A DNA stretch of 64,000 nt from Octopus sinensis (GCF_006345805.1 NC_043004.1:6324001-6388000); one strand, 5' to 3'. Counted from the stretch's first letter, positions 11,941 through 24,838 are shown. The notes: generated from the sequence alone by a model not told the origin. Translations and numbers: made by a program.

Positions 11941-12578
11941 TATTTTATATATATATATATATATACATACACACACAACAGATTTTTTCAGTTTGGGTCT
12001 ACCAAATCCACTCACAGAGCTTTGGCTAGATCAGGGCATAGTAGAAAAAACCTACCCAAGATGCCATGCAGTGATAATGATCCCCAAACCCACATGATTG
12101 GGAAGCAAGCCACTCAACTACACAGCCACACCTGCATATACCACACATACCCTCAAATACTATATTAACCAGCATACAAGTCAATGTAGTGTATTGTGTA
12201 AACATGTAGCATAAGCATTCAAACATTGTCAATGTCTTTCCAAATCCAGTTTGCATTTCACATGGAATTTTTGATCCACCAAAGCTGTCTTGTTGTATAA
12301 GTCAACTACCTTTCTTTTGGCCGTAAAGTTTGGCCTGAAAAATTTGACTTGTAAGTTGAAAAATACAATAAGCAATGGAGTTCAAGATAGTAAGTAACAA
12401 ATCAAGATTTTGTGTTAACTTGCAATCAATTATTCAGACTGGGTGCTTGCTACAAAGGTGACTCTATTAAAGTCATTTAAAAGAAAGGTCAAAAAGTAGT
12501 TATGCACATTAGCAGTGCTTTTATGTTTATTATCTGTACAACCTGCTTCTTTTCGATCTATATTTTTCTTCATTAAAT

Positions 12579-12725
12579 AGGTTCAGGTGTGGCCATGATG
12601 TTAAGATACTCCCTTTGCAACCACATAGTTTCAGGGTTCAGTCCCACTGCACGGCATCTAAGGCAACTATTTTCTTCTATAACCCTTGTGAGTGAAGTTG
12701 GTAGACAGAAACGAGAGAAAGAGAA

Positions 12726-12776
<51 letters not shown>

Positions 12777-13003
12777 TGTCTTTGTGCATGTCTTTACCCC
12801 CACCCTGACTGCTTGACAACCTGGGTTAGTAAACTTATGTCACAATAATTTAGCAGTTTCACAAGAGAGACCAATAGAATAAGCCCCAGGTTTAATACAA
12901 AAACTAATAAGTACAAGGATTGAACTATTTCACTAAACCCTTCAAGAAAGATACTGCAGCATGGACATAGTCCAATGACTGAAACTAATAAAAGTTAAAA
13001 GAT
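12579..13003 (+). mobile_element. SINE family A with internal (GA)n(GT)n
   Basis: Head, core and tail motifs as in 4393-4760. Confidence 0.8.
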
Positions 13004-13169
13004 ATCTTAGGATGGTGGCTTGGCAGAATGATGAGAGAACTGGACAAAATGTCTGTGGTATTTTGTAACAGTTCTTTATGTACTGAGTTCAATTCTTGCT
13101 GGGATTTATTTTGCTTTTATCATTCCAGAATTAATATAATAAAATACCAGTCATAAGCCAAGTGAGATC

Positions 13170-13610
13170 ATAGCTATGGTTGATGCCAGTGTTGCATAAC
13201 TGGCCTATTTAAAAGTACCTTTCAATTATCAGGCAATATGCTGTGCTTGAGAAAACCTGTCAAGTCAAGAGAAATTGTTGTTGTGGCTGATGCCACAACA
13301 ACATGCTGGTGACATGTAAAAAAAACAAAAAACACCACTCGAGCATGGCTGATGCCAGTGCCAGTGACACAAAAAAAGCACCATTTGAGCATGGTCAATG
13401 CCAGTTCCGTCTGACTGGCCTCCATACTGGTGGCACATAAAAAACACCCACTACACTCTCGGAGTGGTTGGCATTAGGAAGGGCACCCAGCTGTAGAAAC
13501 TCTGTCAAATCAGATTTGAGCCTGGTGCAGCCTCCTGGATTGCCAGTCCTCTGTCAAACCATCTAACCCATGCCAGCATAGAAAGCGGATGTTAAACGAT
13601 GATGATGATG
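13170..13610 (+). mobile_element. RTE LINE 3'UTR fragment
   Basis: Internal AAAAGCACC..CGAGCATGG repeats; tail GCGGATGTTAAACGATGATGATGAT. Confidence 0.8.
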
Positions 13611-14084
13611 TACTGGGATTGATTTAATATTCCTCTAAAGCATTCCAGATCATCATCATTTAATGTCCGTTTTCCATGCAGGCATGGTTTGAATGTGAAT
13701 AGAATTAAAACAGAATACATTTCTTTTATTGAAATACATTTTTATACATCAAAAATTTCACCAATACCTGCCACCAATCTTAGTTTTCTAATATTCTAGG
13801 CAATAGGAGATTTTCTTCATTTCTAGAAGATGCAAAAATAGGAACAAAATTGTTTAGCTTCTACAGAAAAATCCTGTTTTGACATCCTTAAATAGCAGCT
13901 TATCAATAAGCTATTTCTGTCACATTTACAATAACTTTTCTCTTATCTCAAGCTTTACAATCCAAGATTTCCAAGGCTGAAGCGTTCATAAAAAATATAA
14001 ACTAAGCATGATTAACTAATTTCAATTAACACAGTTGAACAAACAACACATAATTAGTCCACACCATACATAATTTAATAGCTA

Positions 14085-14340
14085 ACGTGCATAGCCTAGT
14101 GGTTAGGATGTTACACTTATGAATGCAAAATTTTGGTTTCAATTCTAAGACTGGGTGGTGTGCTGTATTTTTGAGCAAAACACTTCATGTTGTTCCAGTC
14201 AATTCAGCTGTAAAATGAGTAACCCCTGGGATGGACTGGCACCTTGTTTTTTTTTTGGGGGGGGGGTTGCTCTGATCTTGGTCACTTATGCCCCATGGAA
14301 ACTGGGTAACCGGTTCTATGAGCTCTTGGACTCAAGGCAG
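14085..14340 (+). mobile_element. SINE with family-C head and GATGGACTGGC (V-domain-like) tail; similar copy ~17160-17365
   Basis: TTGAGCAAAACACTT...CAGCTGTAAAATGAGT followed by GGGATGGACTGGC...GGAAACTGGG...TATGAGC. Confidence 0.6.
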
Positions 14341-14612
14341 TAATGTCCAGAGGTTGTTGATGATGATCTTGTGTTTTCAGGTCATGACATACAAGAAAGC
14401 AGAGAAAATAAACACAGCTATTATATATCAGGTTACATGCTAAATGATAAATATCAACAAAGAAGAATTGGTAATAAATGGAAAAGGAAACTAGTTTGTG
14501 CAATGTGAAAAATCAAATCCACATTGTCTGATTGACAAACTTTCAGCTGTATTTATCATTACTCAGCAGCTCAGTGATGTTCACTTGCAATCATATTCTG
14601 GATTTCTCTATA

Positions 14613-14810
14613 TCTGTGTGTGTGTGTGTGTGTGTGCGTGCATGTGTGTGTGTGTGTGCGCACGCGTGCGCGTGTGTGTGTATGTGTCTCTCAGTGTGTG
14701 TGTGTGTGTGTGTCTATCTGTGTGTCTCTCTGTCTCTCACTCAGTGTGTGTGTGTGTCTCTCTCTCAGTATGTGAGTGTGTATGTGCATGTGCGTGTATT
14801 TGCATGTTCA
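14613..14810. repeat. Degenerate (TG)n microsatellite
   Basis: Directly visible. Confidence 0.9.
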
Positions 14811-15057
14811 TGTATATATATTCAATTTCCTTTTTCATTTTCAGTTTCATCTAAATTATAGCAACTATGGCCAAAGGCTGGCGCACCAGCTGTAGCAGTG
14901 CTGTAAGAAGCCATTGCCTCTTACAGCATGTGTGTACATGTGTATAAACATACACAGAAGAGGAACACTTGTAAATGTCACGTAGGCCATTCAACAATTA
15001 TCTTAAACAATTCAACAATGGAACTACTACAGATTATATCAAAAGATAAAGTAAATG

Positions 15058-15099
<42 letters not shown>

Positions 15100-15834
15100 A
15101 CACACACACAGTTATAGTTTTATCAAAACTATATAGCAACACAATTTCAAAAACCCTATTTTTTCCTAATGTTTAAATACATTGCTGACTACCTGAATCA
15201 GAGATCAATAGAATTTTTTCATATCAATTCAAAATAAAGTAATATTGCCATGATAAAATTATAACTGGAAGTCAATTCTTGATGTGTTTCATAAACTTAA
15301 GACACTAAATATATGGAACAAAGCCAAAAGAGCTTACGTAATTTTCATGTTTGTTTAGATGCCACAGAAAGATTTAGTAAAGTAAATATCCAAATGACAT
15401 TAAGTGGAAGAGTAACAGAAAGCCTTGGAATTAGCGTGTGGTCATGTCATCTGTTGAAAGCTGTCCTTGTCTGTGAGACAGTGGACGTAAACTGTCAGGT
15501 GATTTTATCAATATAGATATAAGACATGATTAAATTATGAAGACAAGATAAAACGATGAGAAAAATACCAAGTATTTCATTTTTGAATTTGGAGAAGAGA
15601 GGGTATGTCATTGATGAGGTCACAAATGCTTATCAAAGGACATTGACTAATAATAATAAAAGAAGTGAAATAAAACCAGTGCATGTGTTTATTATTGGCA
15701 TAATGACCCTCCCAAGATACATAATATTGTGTAACCAACTTTTTATTGATTTACTAGAAAGAAGAAAAGAAAGACAATCTTTTACACTAGTGTAGGATAA
15801 GTTGGATGGGATAGCTATTAGACGAATGATTAAT

Positions 15835-16220
15835 TAACCACATGATGATGATGGTTCCATGTTCAGTCCCACTGCATGGCACCTTGAGTAAATGTATTCT
15901 ACTGTAGCCTCGGGCTGACCAAAGCCTTGTGAGTGGATTTGGTAAATGAAAACTGAAAAAAGCCCATTGTGTGTGTGTGTGTAAATATATATACACACAC
16001 ACATACATAAATACATGGGACATTGTGTCAGTGTTTGTCTCCAACATCGCTTGACAACCAGTGTTAGTGCGTTTACATCCCTGTAACTAAGCAGTTTGAC
16101 AAAAGTCACCGATAGAATAAGTACCAGGCTTAAAAAAAAAGTGTCAATTTATTTGATGATAAATTCTTCAAGGCTATGCCCTAGCATGGCCACAGTCTAA
16201 TGACCAAAACAAGATAAAAT
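15835..16220 (+). mobile_element. SINE family A
   Basis: Core and tail motifs present. Confidence 0.8.
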
Positions 16221-16247
16221 ATTGGCTTTAATTTAGAAACAAGATCA

Positions 16248-16615
16248 AAACATTGCTGTGTGATTAAGAAGCTCACTTTGCAACCATGTGGCTTAGGTTC
16301 CAGTCCCATTGGGTGGCACCTTAGACAAGTATCTTCCACTATAATACTTTGCTAATCTATGCCTTGTGGTTGAATTTGGTGAATGAAAACTGTGCAGAAG
16401 CCTTTCATGTATATGTGTGTCTTTGAGTTTGTATCCCATTTCCATCACTTGACAACTGGTGTTGGTTTGTTTATGTCACCATAATTCAACAGTCTGGCAA
16501 AAGAGTCTGACAGAATAACTATTAGATTTTAAAATAAACACCAGGGCTGATTTGTTTGACTAAGGCAGTATCCAAGCATGGCTGCAGTCCAATGACTTAA
16601 ACAAATAAAAGAAGG
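16248..16615 (+). mobile_element. SINE family A
   Basis: Head, core and tail motifs present. Confidence 0.8.
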
Positions 16616-18406
16616 TAAATTGCATTAATTAGAGGATCTTTAGTTTTACATCTTTGGTACCTGAAATACCCATTTCACATTTATGAGAAGCCAATTTAGA
16701 TAAGGGCCACAGTAATTGCCATTACAGCTTGAGCTGTGTCTTCTGGCATTTACATCCAATACATCCACAACTCAATTTAAATCAAGAATCATTTCAGGCA
16801 CTAAGCTTCATTTTCTTCATATAGAGAAATTCCAATATCACTAATCTCGGTAAAATATCAGAAGTCAATCAAAGAATATTCTGAAATTTAGATTTAAATT
16901 TTTTTTTTTTTTACAAAGTAAGTATGAAATAATCAATCAATCATGAAGGGATCCAAATGATCAGCACATTTCACATAATCAATCCATCAAATATGAAATA
17001 AAACAATATAAAGAGTGAATTCTTTCATTTGATGAAACATTATTTAGACTGACTTTGAAATTAAATGTCACAAATACAATGTAAAATAAGGTGTTGTTAA
17101 TGTAACTTCAGTTTTCCTATCCTATTAATTAATAGTATCCATCCCAAAGATATCAAAGTGGAGGTCCGTAGCTTAGTGGTTAGGGTGTTGGGCTCAGGAT
17201 TGTGAGATGTTTTGATTCCTGGACTTGGTGATGTGTTGTATTCTTGAGCAAATCACTTCATTTCATGTTGTTCCACTTCACTCCTGCTATGGACTGGTAT
17301 TCCATCCAGGAGTGGGAGGATATACGCTCCACAGAAACTAGGGAACTGGCTCTATGAGTCTAAGTAAAAATAAAGGTAAAATTACCTTCTTGAGTCACAC
17401 TGACTCATAAGAGCCAGTTTCCTAATTTTATGGTGTATACATCTCCCGCACAGACAGGATGCCAGTCTATCACAGGATTACACATTTTTGGAGAGTATTT
17501 TGGAAGTATTTTGCTCAAGGACACAACACATCGCCCAATCCAGGAATCAAAACCATAGTCTTATGATTATGAATCCAACACCCTAACCGCTAAGCCACGC
17601 GTCTCCACAAGTCTATATAACTCGGAAAGGATCTTTATATGATATATCAAAGCTATCAAACTATCACTTTCACCTGTCCTTCCTCGTATACATGTTCTAT
17701 ACATCCATGTATTATATGGATCCATACAAAGAGAATTTCCATTCAAGTGAGAAGGTGACAAACTGACAGAATTGTTAACACATTGGACAAAATGCTCAAC
17801 TGTATTTCTTCCAGTTCTCTACATTCTGAATTTAAATGCCACTCAGGTCAAGATTGTCTTCCATTCTTTCAGGGTTGATAAAATAAGTACCACTCAAGCA
17901 CTGGGTTAGCTGTAATCGATGTTCTCCCACCACTCAAAAAAATTACTGGCCTTATGTCAAAATTAGAAAGAATTACTATGGCAGGTATATTTCTAATTGA
18001 ACTTCATTCTTAACATTGATTACTCAGATATAAAATGGAGATGGTGCTTAACTTCAACTAAGGAGATAGAATGTCTTATTCAGCACTAATAGCAGCATCA
18101 CTAACAGCAGTAATACATACTAACAAATACTAGGCTTGAGTTCATAACCTTTTAATTAATAGTTCAGCACCTTAATTATTCAACTGTAACAATGGGTTGC
18201 AAAACAATATTGTTTTATAATAACTCATGGGGTACATGCAGAACAGAGATAATCCAATCAATAATACATCTATTGATTATTAATACACACTAGCAAATTC
18301 AAACATGAATATCTGGTCACTGTTGTTTTTCATCATCTGAGAACACCTCCCTTTACACAATATGTATAAAATGCAGGTACAGGTTCAGCAATGTTTTGAA
18401 AATGGT

Positions 18407-18636
18407 TTAACCCTTTTGTTACCATATTTCCGTTGAGATGCTCTGTGTTTCTTTCAATTTATTTTAAATATAACAAAGACTTTAGTAAATTAATTTAGTT
18501 ATCATTAAGCTAGTGTTAGGAACATAAATTTTGACTAAAGTTTGGTGGAAGATTTTAATTCAGAACTTTTGAAACCAAGACATTTGTACTACAAAACTAG
18601 AAGTGGTTTCAGACAGGTTGGTATCAAAAGGGTAAA
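18407..18636 (-). mobile_element. piggyBac-like MITE (family G)
   Basis: TTAA-CCCTTTTGTTACCA ... TGGTATCAAAAGGG-TAAA; CCC/GGG termini. Confidence 0.75.
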
Positions 18637-19114
18637 GGGTTCTGTGCTAAAATATCACTGCATATTCTTAGTCCATCTTCCATACACTTAGTCCATCTGA
18701 TGAGCTTTTACACAGTTCCTGTCTACCAATTTTCACTCACATGGCTATGATAAAAAACATTTGTGTAAGATATTCTCAATAGAATTTAACCTAGAACCAT
18801 GTAGCTCTGAAGCAAACTTAACCAGCAATGCCAAGCCCCTTAGTCTAAAGTAGCATATACAATTCATTAAAGAGACAGTAAGTTATGATCATGAGATGGA
18901 AAATATAGCCATTTTACTCATTTTGATCATTGGACTGCAGCCACCTAGAAAGGCTTACTAGAACAAATCGATCACAGTAGTTAGTTTCTAGAATCTTGAA
19001 CTTATTCTATTAAACACTTTTGTCAAACTTCTAAGTTATGGGAACATAAAAAAAGCAACATCAGTTGTCAAGCAGAAGTGGAGAATAAACACACACAATA
19101 TATATATTCTTTTG

Positions 19115-19490
19115 TTCTTTGATTTGTTTCTGTCATTTGATTGAGGCCATGTTGGGACATCACCTTGAAAGGTTTTTCGTCAAACAAATTGACCCCAGGA
19201 CTTGTTTCTTAAGCCTAGTAATTATTCTGTCAGTCTCTTTTGCCAAATCGCTAAGTTAAAGGGACGTAAACACACTGACACTGTTTGTCAAGTGGTGATG
19301 TGGGAACAAACATACACACACGTACACATACACACCCACATACACACACACAACACTTATTTTCTGATAATCAAATTCACTCACAAAGCATTGGTTGACA
19401 CTAGCCCAATGCACCACACGGTGAGACTGAACTCGAGGCCACTTGGTTGCAAAAGAAAGTGAGCCTCTTAACCATACAACCACACCTGCA
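19115..19490 (-). mobile_element. SINE family A
   Basis: rc head and tail motifs. Confidence 0.75.
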
Positions 19491-19825
19491 TGCCAAAAGA
19501 ATTTAGAAAAAAGAAAACCCAACACAATGTAATTAACAATGTAATTAATAAACATGTATTGCTGAGAGAATTCAGTCGCTGAATAACCAAAACAAAAGAC
19601 TATTACAGAAGAAGGATGTGAAAAAAGGTAGGTTTTTTTTATTTTCAGATAAAAATCTCCAATTTTTTAAATTTATTTATTTATTCTTTAGTTGGCTTTT
19701 CAAAGTTTCTTATCAGCAAGTAAATAACGTCCATAAATTGTTATGTGATACTGGTCACGTAGACTACTGTTCATTTGATTAAACTTAACACAAATTTGCA
19801 TTTTAAAAAACTGTTTATCATTAAG

Positions 19826-20205
19826 CATGATTATGTGGTTAAGAAGCTTGTTTTACAACCACGTTGCTTCAGGTTCAGTCCCACTGTGCAACACCTTGGG
19901 CAAATGTCTACTATAACCCTGGGTTGACGAATGCCTTGTGAGTGAATTTGGTAGACAGACACTGTGTGAAAGACTGTCATATGTATGTATCTGTGTGTGT
20001 TTTTGTGTTTGTACTCCTGCCATCACTTGACAACCAGTGTTGGTTTCTTTATGTCCCTGTAACTTAGTAGTTCTGCAAAAAAAGACTGGCAGATTAAGTA
20101 CCTGACTTAGTCAATTTGTTAGGCTAAACCCTTCAAGGCAGCACCTTGGCATTGCCATAATCCACTGATTGAAAGAAAAGATAAAAAGTAGCTAAAATCC
20201 TAGAG
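19826..20205 (+). mobile_element. SINE family A
   Basis: Head, core and tail motifs present. Confidence 0.8.
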
Positions 20206-20254
20206 CAAGCTGCATTTTCCAGACTATAAAACTGATGAGTATATTGTTTAGAAT

Positions 20255-20470
20255 GATAGATTGCATCAGTTGTTAGCTGTTGAGACGCTGCATCCTTGCT
20301 GCCTGAAATTTGCCAACAGTACACCTGATGCCCCCCACATTTTGTTTTAAAAGACTATAACAGTTCACTCCCTATGCATCTTCTTTGTACTGTTCATGCA
20401 GTTTTGGTTACTTTTTCTAATGAGTTGTTGTGCAGCACCTGAACACTATGTACAATAACTTCATTATTAC
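20255..20470 (+). mobile_element. Old 3'-end fragment of the same CR1-like LINE as 21195-22019
   Basis: GCATCAGTTGTT..CTGCATCC..TACACCTGA matches 21870-21947; ATGAGTTG..GCACCTGAACACT matches the terminal motif at 21965-21995. Confidence 0.7.
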
Positions 20471-20534
20471 GAATTCCCTTATTATTGTCTTATAGTATGT
20501 ATATATTATCGTCTTGTATATATGTTTGTTCCTT

Positions 20535-20830
20535 CTGGAGCCATCGCTGGCTCATAAGGGCTGCTTTCCCGGTTTCCTTGGCATATAAGGTTTCCCACCT
20601 GGACAGGACGCCAGTCCATCGCAAGTGAGCTGCAAGATACAGGAGGAAGGAGTGAGAGAAAGTTGTGGCAAAAGAGTCAGCAGAAGTTTGCCATTACCTT
20701 CTGCCGGAGGCACGTGGAGCTTAGGTGTTTTCGCTCATAAACACACACATCACCCAGTCTGAGATTCAAACCTGTGATCCCTCGACCATGAGTCTGTTGC
20801 TCTAACCCGTATGCCATGTGCCTCCACTTT
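20535..20830 (-). mobile_element. SINE family D (tRNA head + GCGATGGACTGGCGTCCTGTCCAGG V-domain-like tail)
   Basis: Alignable to 31135-31432; rc head GTGGAGGCACATGGC..GGTTTGAATCTC; GTGTTTATGAGCGAAAACACCTAAGCTCCACG body. Confidence 0.8.
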
Positions 20831-21194
20831 ATATATATATATATATATATATTACGATGTATGTAAACAAACAAAGTTTGCTTTTTTTTTTAAGAAGCAT
20901 TGAGATGTTAGAAATATACAAATATGGAAATATTTTATTCTTAAATGCATAATAATAATAATAGCATAAACCTGACTGAGCACTAACAAATTTTTCTGCA
21001 ATATAAGGATGTTCTATCCTGTTTATGCTATTCAGCATTATTATTATGCATTTCAGAATAAAATATTTCCATATATATATAGATACACATACCGGAGTAA
21101 GCACATAAAAGTGAAACAAGGTGGAAAAAAAGAGTACTGAAATACCCAGAGATAGAGTAATATTAATTTTAACAAAACTGTCCGATGAACGAAC

Positions 21195-22019
21195 TCTTTC
21201 CTGCAATCAGACCTAGACACAATGCAGCAATGGATCACAGACTGGCAACTGAAACTGGCTGTGGACAAGTGTACCACCATGCATTTTGGGAGAAAAAACC
21301 CTGCGTCCACATACTCCCTCCACAACACTGATATCAAGAAATCCTCTTGCGAGCGTGACCTAGGCATCACTGTCAGCAGTGATTTGCGTTGGACAAAGCA
21401 TATCTCTAAAATTGTCAAGAAGGCCGAGGGTGTCTTGGCATCACTCAGCAAGACTTTTGTTAGCCGCTCTCCAGCCATCTATTTAAAACTGTATACAGCT
21501 ATGATACGACCACACTTGGAATTCGCATCATCAGTTTGGAATCCCTATCTTGCTCAGAACATTGACCTCCTGGAATCTGTCCAGAGACGTGCAACCAAAC
21601 GCATACCCTCCATCAGACACCTACCATATTCTGAGCGCCTTGTTTCCCTGGGCATGGATTCACTGAAGCTCCGGCGTCTGGCGACGGACTTGGTAAACAC
21701 CCACAAGGTTATCAACCACCTCACCAACAACAACACTGAACACCTTTTTGATCTCCATGTGTCTAACACACGTGGACATGCCTACAAAGTCAGAAAACAA
21801 CACAGCTCCCATGACTTTCGGAAACATTTTTTCACGCTCAGAGTTGCTGAAGCATGGAATAAACTGCCTGCGTCAGTTGTTGACTGCCATGATACTGCAT
21901 CCTTTAAGGCCCTCATGCTTTCCGAAATCCGCCGAAACTACACCTGATTATATATACACTTTAGATGAGTTGTAGTGCACCTGAGCACTGTACACAATTA
22001 TTATTATTATTATTATTAT
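21195..22019 (+). mobile_element. 5'-truncated CR1-clade LINE: RT C-terminal region, short 3'UTR, (ATT)n tail
   Basis: ORF 21222-21947 (241 aa), extended upstream by SFLQSDLDT; CR1-type motifs LQSDLD..QW, ERDLGI, RPHLEFASSVWNP, LESVQRRATK, TRGH..K, FFTLRVAEAWNKLP; ATTATTATT tail. Confidence 0.92.
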
Positions 22020-22473
22020 ATGAAACTCTGAGTAATAGCTTTTAGTATATTTCTACTGCTTTTAAATAAAGTATATATATATATATATATATATATATAA
22101 TCATATCAAAGGGAAATGGAATTTAATCAAAATTAAAAAATTTAATTAAAATTTACATTTCCAGTGGTCTAACGTATAAAAAAAATTTAGTCAAAAAGAC
22201 TATATATTAGTCATACGATATACACTATATCGTATATCTATGTATATATATATATAAAATCAAGTAAAGGTAATACCTCATTAAGGGATCATAAATCCAA
22301 TGAAAATACTGGTCACTTATCCATCTATAGAAAGTTCAACTATAAGGTAACCATGGTTCATATATTTATTTAAAGAATAAGGAGAAAATAGAGAGGTAAT
22401 TATTAAAATTATTTATTAATTATATTTATTAATCACCTCTCCATTTTCTCCTTATTCTTTATATATATATATA

Positions 22474-22740
22474 TCATTGTTTAACGTCCATTTTTCCATG
22501 CTAGCATGGGTTGGACGGTTCGACAGGGATCTGGGAAGCCAGGAGTCTGCACCAGGCTCCAGTCTGATCTGGCAGTGTTTCTACAGCTGGATGCCCTTCC
22601 TAATGCCAACCACTCCATGAGTGTAGTGGGTGCTTTTTACGTGCCACAGGCACAGGGGCCAGAGGAGGCTGGCAATGGCCACAATCGGTTGGTGCAGTTT
22701 ACTTGCCACCAGCACAGAAGCCAGTCAATGCGGCGCTGGC
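22474..22740 (-). mobile_element. RTE LINE 3' end
   Basis: rc of the 23450-23684 tail. Confidence 0.8.
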
Positions 22741-23029
22741 ATATACATATATATTATATATATATATATATATATGGCTGTGGCACAATAAAGAACAATA
22801 AACTGTTTTATTATAAATAAAGATCTGTGAAGTCGAACGCTAAGTTAAATATCTATAATAAATTGTTATTGGAAGATGATCCTATCTAACTTTCAAAGAT
22901 ATAGTAACATGAAATGGATGTTTGAAACACTTAAATTGGGAAGGTAAGTGGACTATAGTCTTGGTTGTATTTATTTTACAGCATCAGATTTCCAGATTTA
23001 AATCTTGCCACATTTAATTTTATTAACTA

Positions 23030-23684
23030 AAGCACGACCTTCGGACGTTAGGTCTCACCATGGAAATGACTAGAGACCGAGACCTATGGAAGTATGCTGT
23101 GCGTGAGAAGACCCGGCAAGACTAGTGAAGCCATAATCCGTGGCCCCTACCTGGGACGTAGTCAGTCCACCTGTGCATACCTTCCTTCTTGTGACACTTG
23201 TGAAGACCTGTTGAGGCAAGTGAGAATCGAATCGAATCAAATCAAATCGAACCAAATCAAAATAGATGAACATCAATGGAATTTGTATCCTTGAGGTACC
23301 AGTGCCGGTGGCACATAAGAAAACCATCCGAACGTGACCGTAGCCAGTACCGCAACAACAGGCCTCCGTGCTGAGGGCACGTAACAAACACCATCCGAGC
23401 GTGGCCGTCCGCCAGCCTCGTCTGGCACCTGTGTCGGTGACACATAAGAAAACACCATCCGAGCGTGGCCGTCTGCCAGCCTCGTCTGGCACCTGTGTCG
23501 GTGGCACATAAAATCACCCACTACACTCTCGGAGTGGTTGGCGTTAGGAAGGGCATCCAGCTGTAGAAACACTGCCAGATCTGACTGGCCTGGTGCAGCC
23601 TTCGGGCTTGCCAGACCCCAGTTGAACCGTCCAACCCATGCTAGCATGGAAAGCGGACGTTAAACGATGATGATGATGATGATG
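23030..23684 (+). mobile_element. 5'-truncated RTE-clade LINE: last 31 codons of ORF, long 3'UTR with tandem repeats, (GAT)n tail
   Basis: KHDLRTLGLTMEMTRDRDLWKYAVREKTRQD* (23030-23125) carries the RTE-type DR..W C-terminal motif; ends GTTAAACGATGATGATGATGATG. Confidence 0.85.
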
Positions 23685-23735
23685 AAATCCATATTAAATA
23701 AATACATGCTTCTTTAGATATTAGGTATTAAAAAC

Positions 23736-24106
23736 ATGCAGACATAGGAGTGACTGTGTGGTAAGAAACCTCCCAACCACATGGTTCCAGGTTCAGTCCC
23801 ACTGTGTGGAACCTGGGGCAAGTGTCTTCTACTATAGCCTCAAGCCAACCAAAGCCTTGCAAGTGGATTTGGTAGATGGAAACTGAAAGAAGCCCATTGT
23901 ACATGTATGTATGTATGTATGTATGTATTTGTGAGTGTGTGTCCCCCCACCATCGCTTGACGACCGATGTTGGAGTGTTGACGTACCCGTAACTTAGCAG
24001 TTCGGCAAAAGAGAACAATAGAACAAGTACCAGGCTTACGAAGTGTTCGACTAAAGGCGGTGCTCCAGCATGGCCGCTGTCAAGTGACTGAAACAAGTAT
24101 AAGAAA
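23736..24106 (+). mobile_element. SINE family A
   Basis: Head, core and tail motifs present; CpGs largely retained. Confidence 0.85.
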
Positions 24107-24838
24107 CGCAGAATTGAAAATACTAGCACTTAAGCAAGATATCAATAAAATTTCTTTCCTTTTTTAAAAAAATACACAGTATACAAATTTAAAATAAGGT
24201 TTATGTAAAGAAACAAAAGCACAATTAACTGGAAATCGACCTAATAATCATTAGCAATGAATGACGTATCAAGGGAGGCTACTCAAGTTTAGTAATTTTC
24301 TACCTAACAATACAGAAAAGCACATCGCAGTTTCTAGATAGTTACTACGGCTAACTAGTACTGTAGATTACATTTCATGTTTTGTTGTTTTAAATTTAGG
24401 CTTCAAGTTTCTAAACTCAAAACTCCTAACAATCTGATCGGCCAAATTGATGAAATATGTATTACTAATATTCTGTCTACTCCTAAGTTCCTTTTGCTTA
24501 TAAAAAAAAAATTTTTAAGTGTTTAATTGCCTATGAAAGAAATTAGTTGCTATAGCTGGCTACAGAGTTACTGGTACCCATGTTCAAAACCAATTTATGT
24601 TTTTAGAGAATTACAATTTCAAGTAGAGAAATTTCCTATTTATACTTAAATGGTATTTCACAAAAGAGCCATAGCTTGCGAAGAATTTATTTTGTAAAAT
24701 TGTAGGTTTTGAATAAGATTAATTTACTTCTTTATGGAACAATGAAATAAAAACAAAAACATGAAAAATAACGAAGCAGTTCCACCTAGCTACCATAAGA
24801 TTCAGTTAATGTTAATAAATACAACATATTTGCATGTA

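Noticed and set aside
12310-12334. 25-nt minus-strand micro-exon candidate
   Set aside because: Weak donor (GTAGTT); all three frames are open, so it is uninformative without RNA data
15313-15795. Two adjacent non-repetitive plus-strand ORFs (67 and 79 aa)
   Set aside because: No recognisable motifs or splice-site framing; lengths are within chance expectation
19555-19630. Plus-strand open stretch IAERIQSLNNQNKRLLQKKDVKK ending at AAG|GTAGGT
   Set aside because: No credible acceptor upstream, and an in-frame stop three codons earlier
22165-22230. GACTA-TATAT-TAGTC hairpin in a (TA)n-bounded element, superficially hammerhead-like
   Set aside because: It would need multiple core substitutions in both CUGANGA and GAAA; unsupported
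23290-23510. Repeat-spacer-like array resembling CRISPR
   Set aside because: Degenerate tandem units inside an RTE 3'UTR, with no unique spacers, in a eukaryotic context and without cas genes
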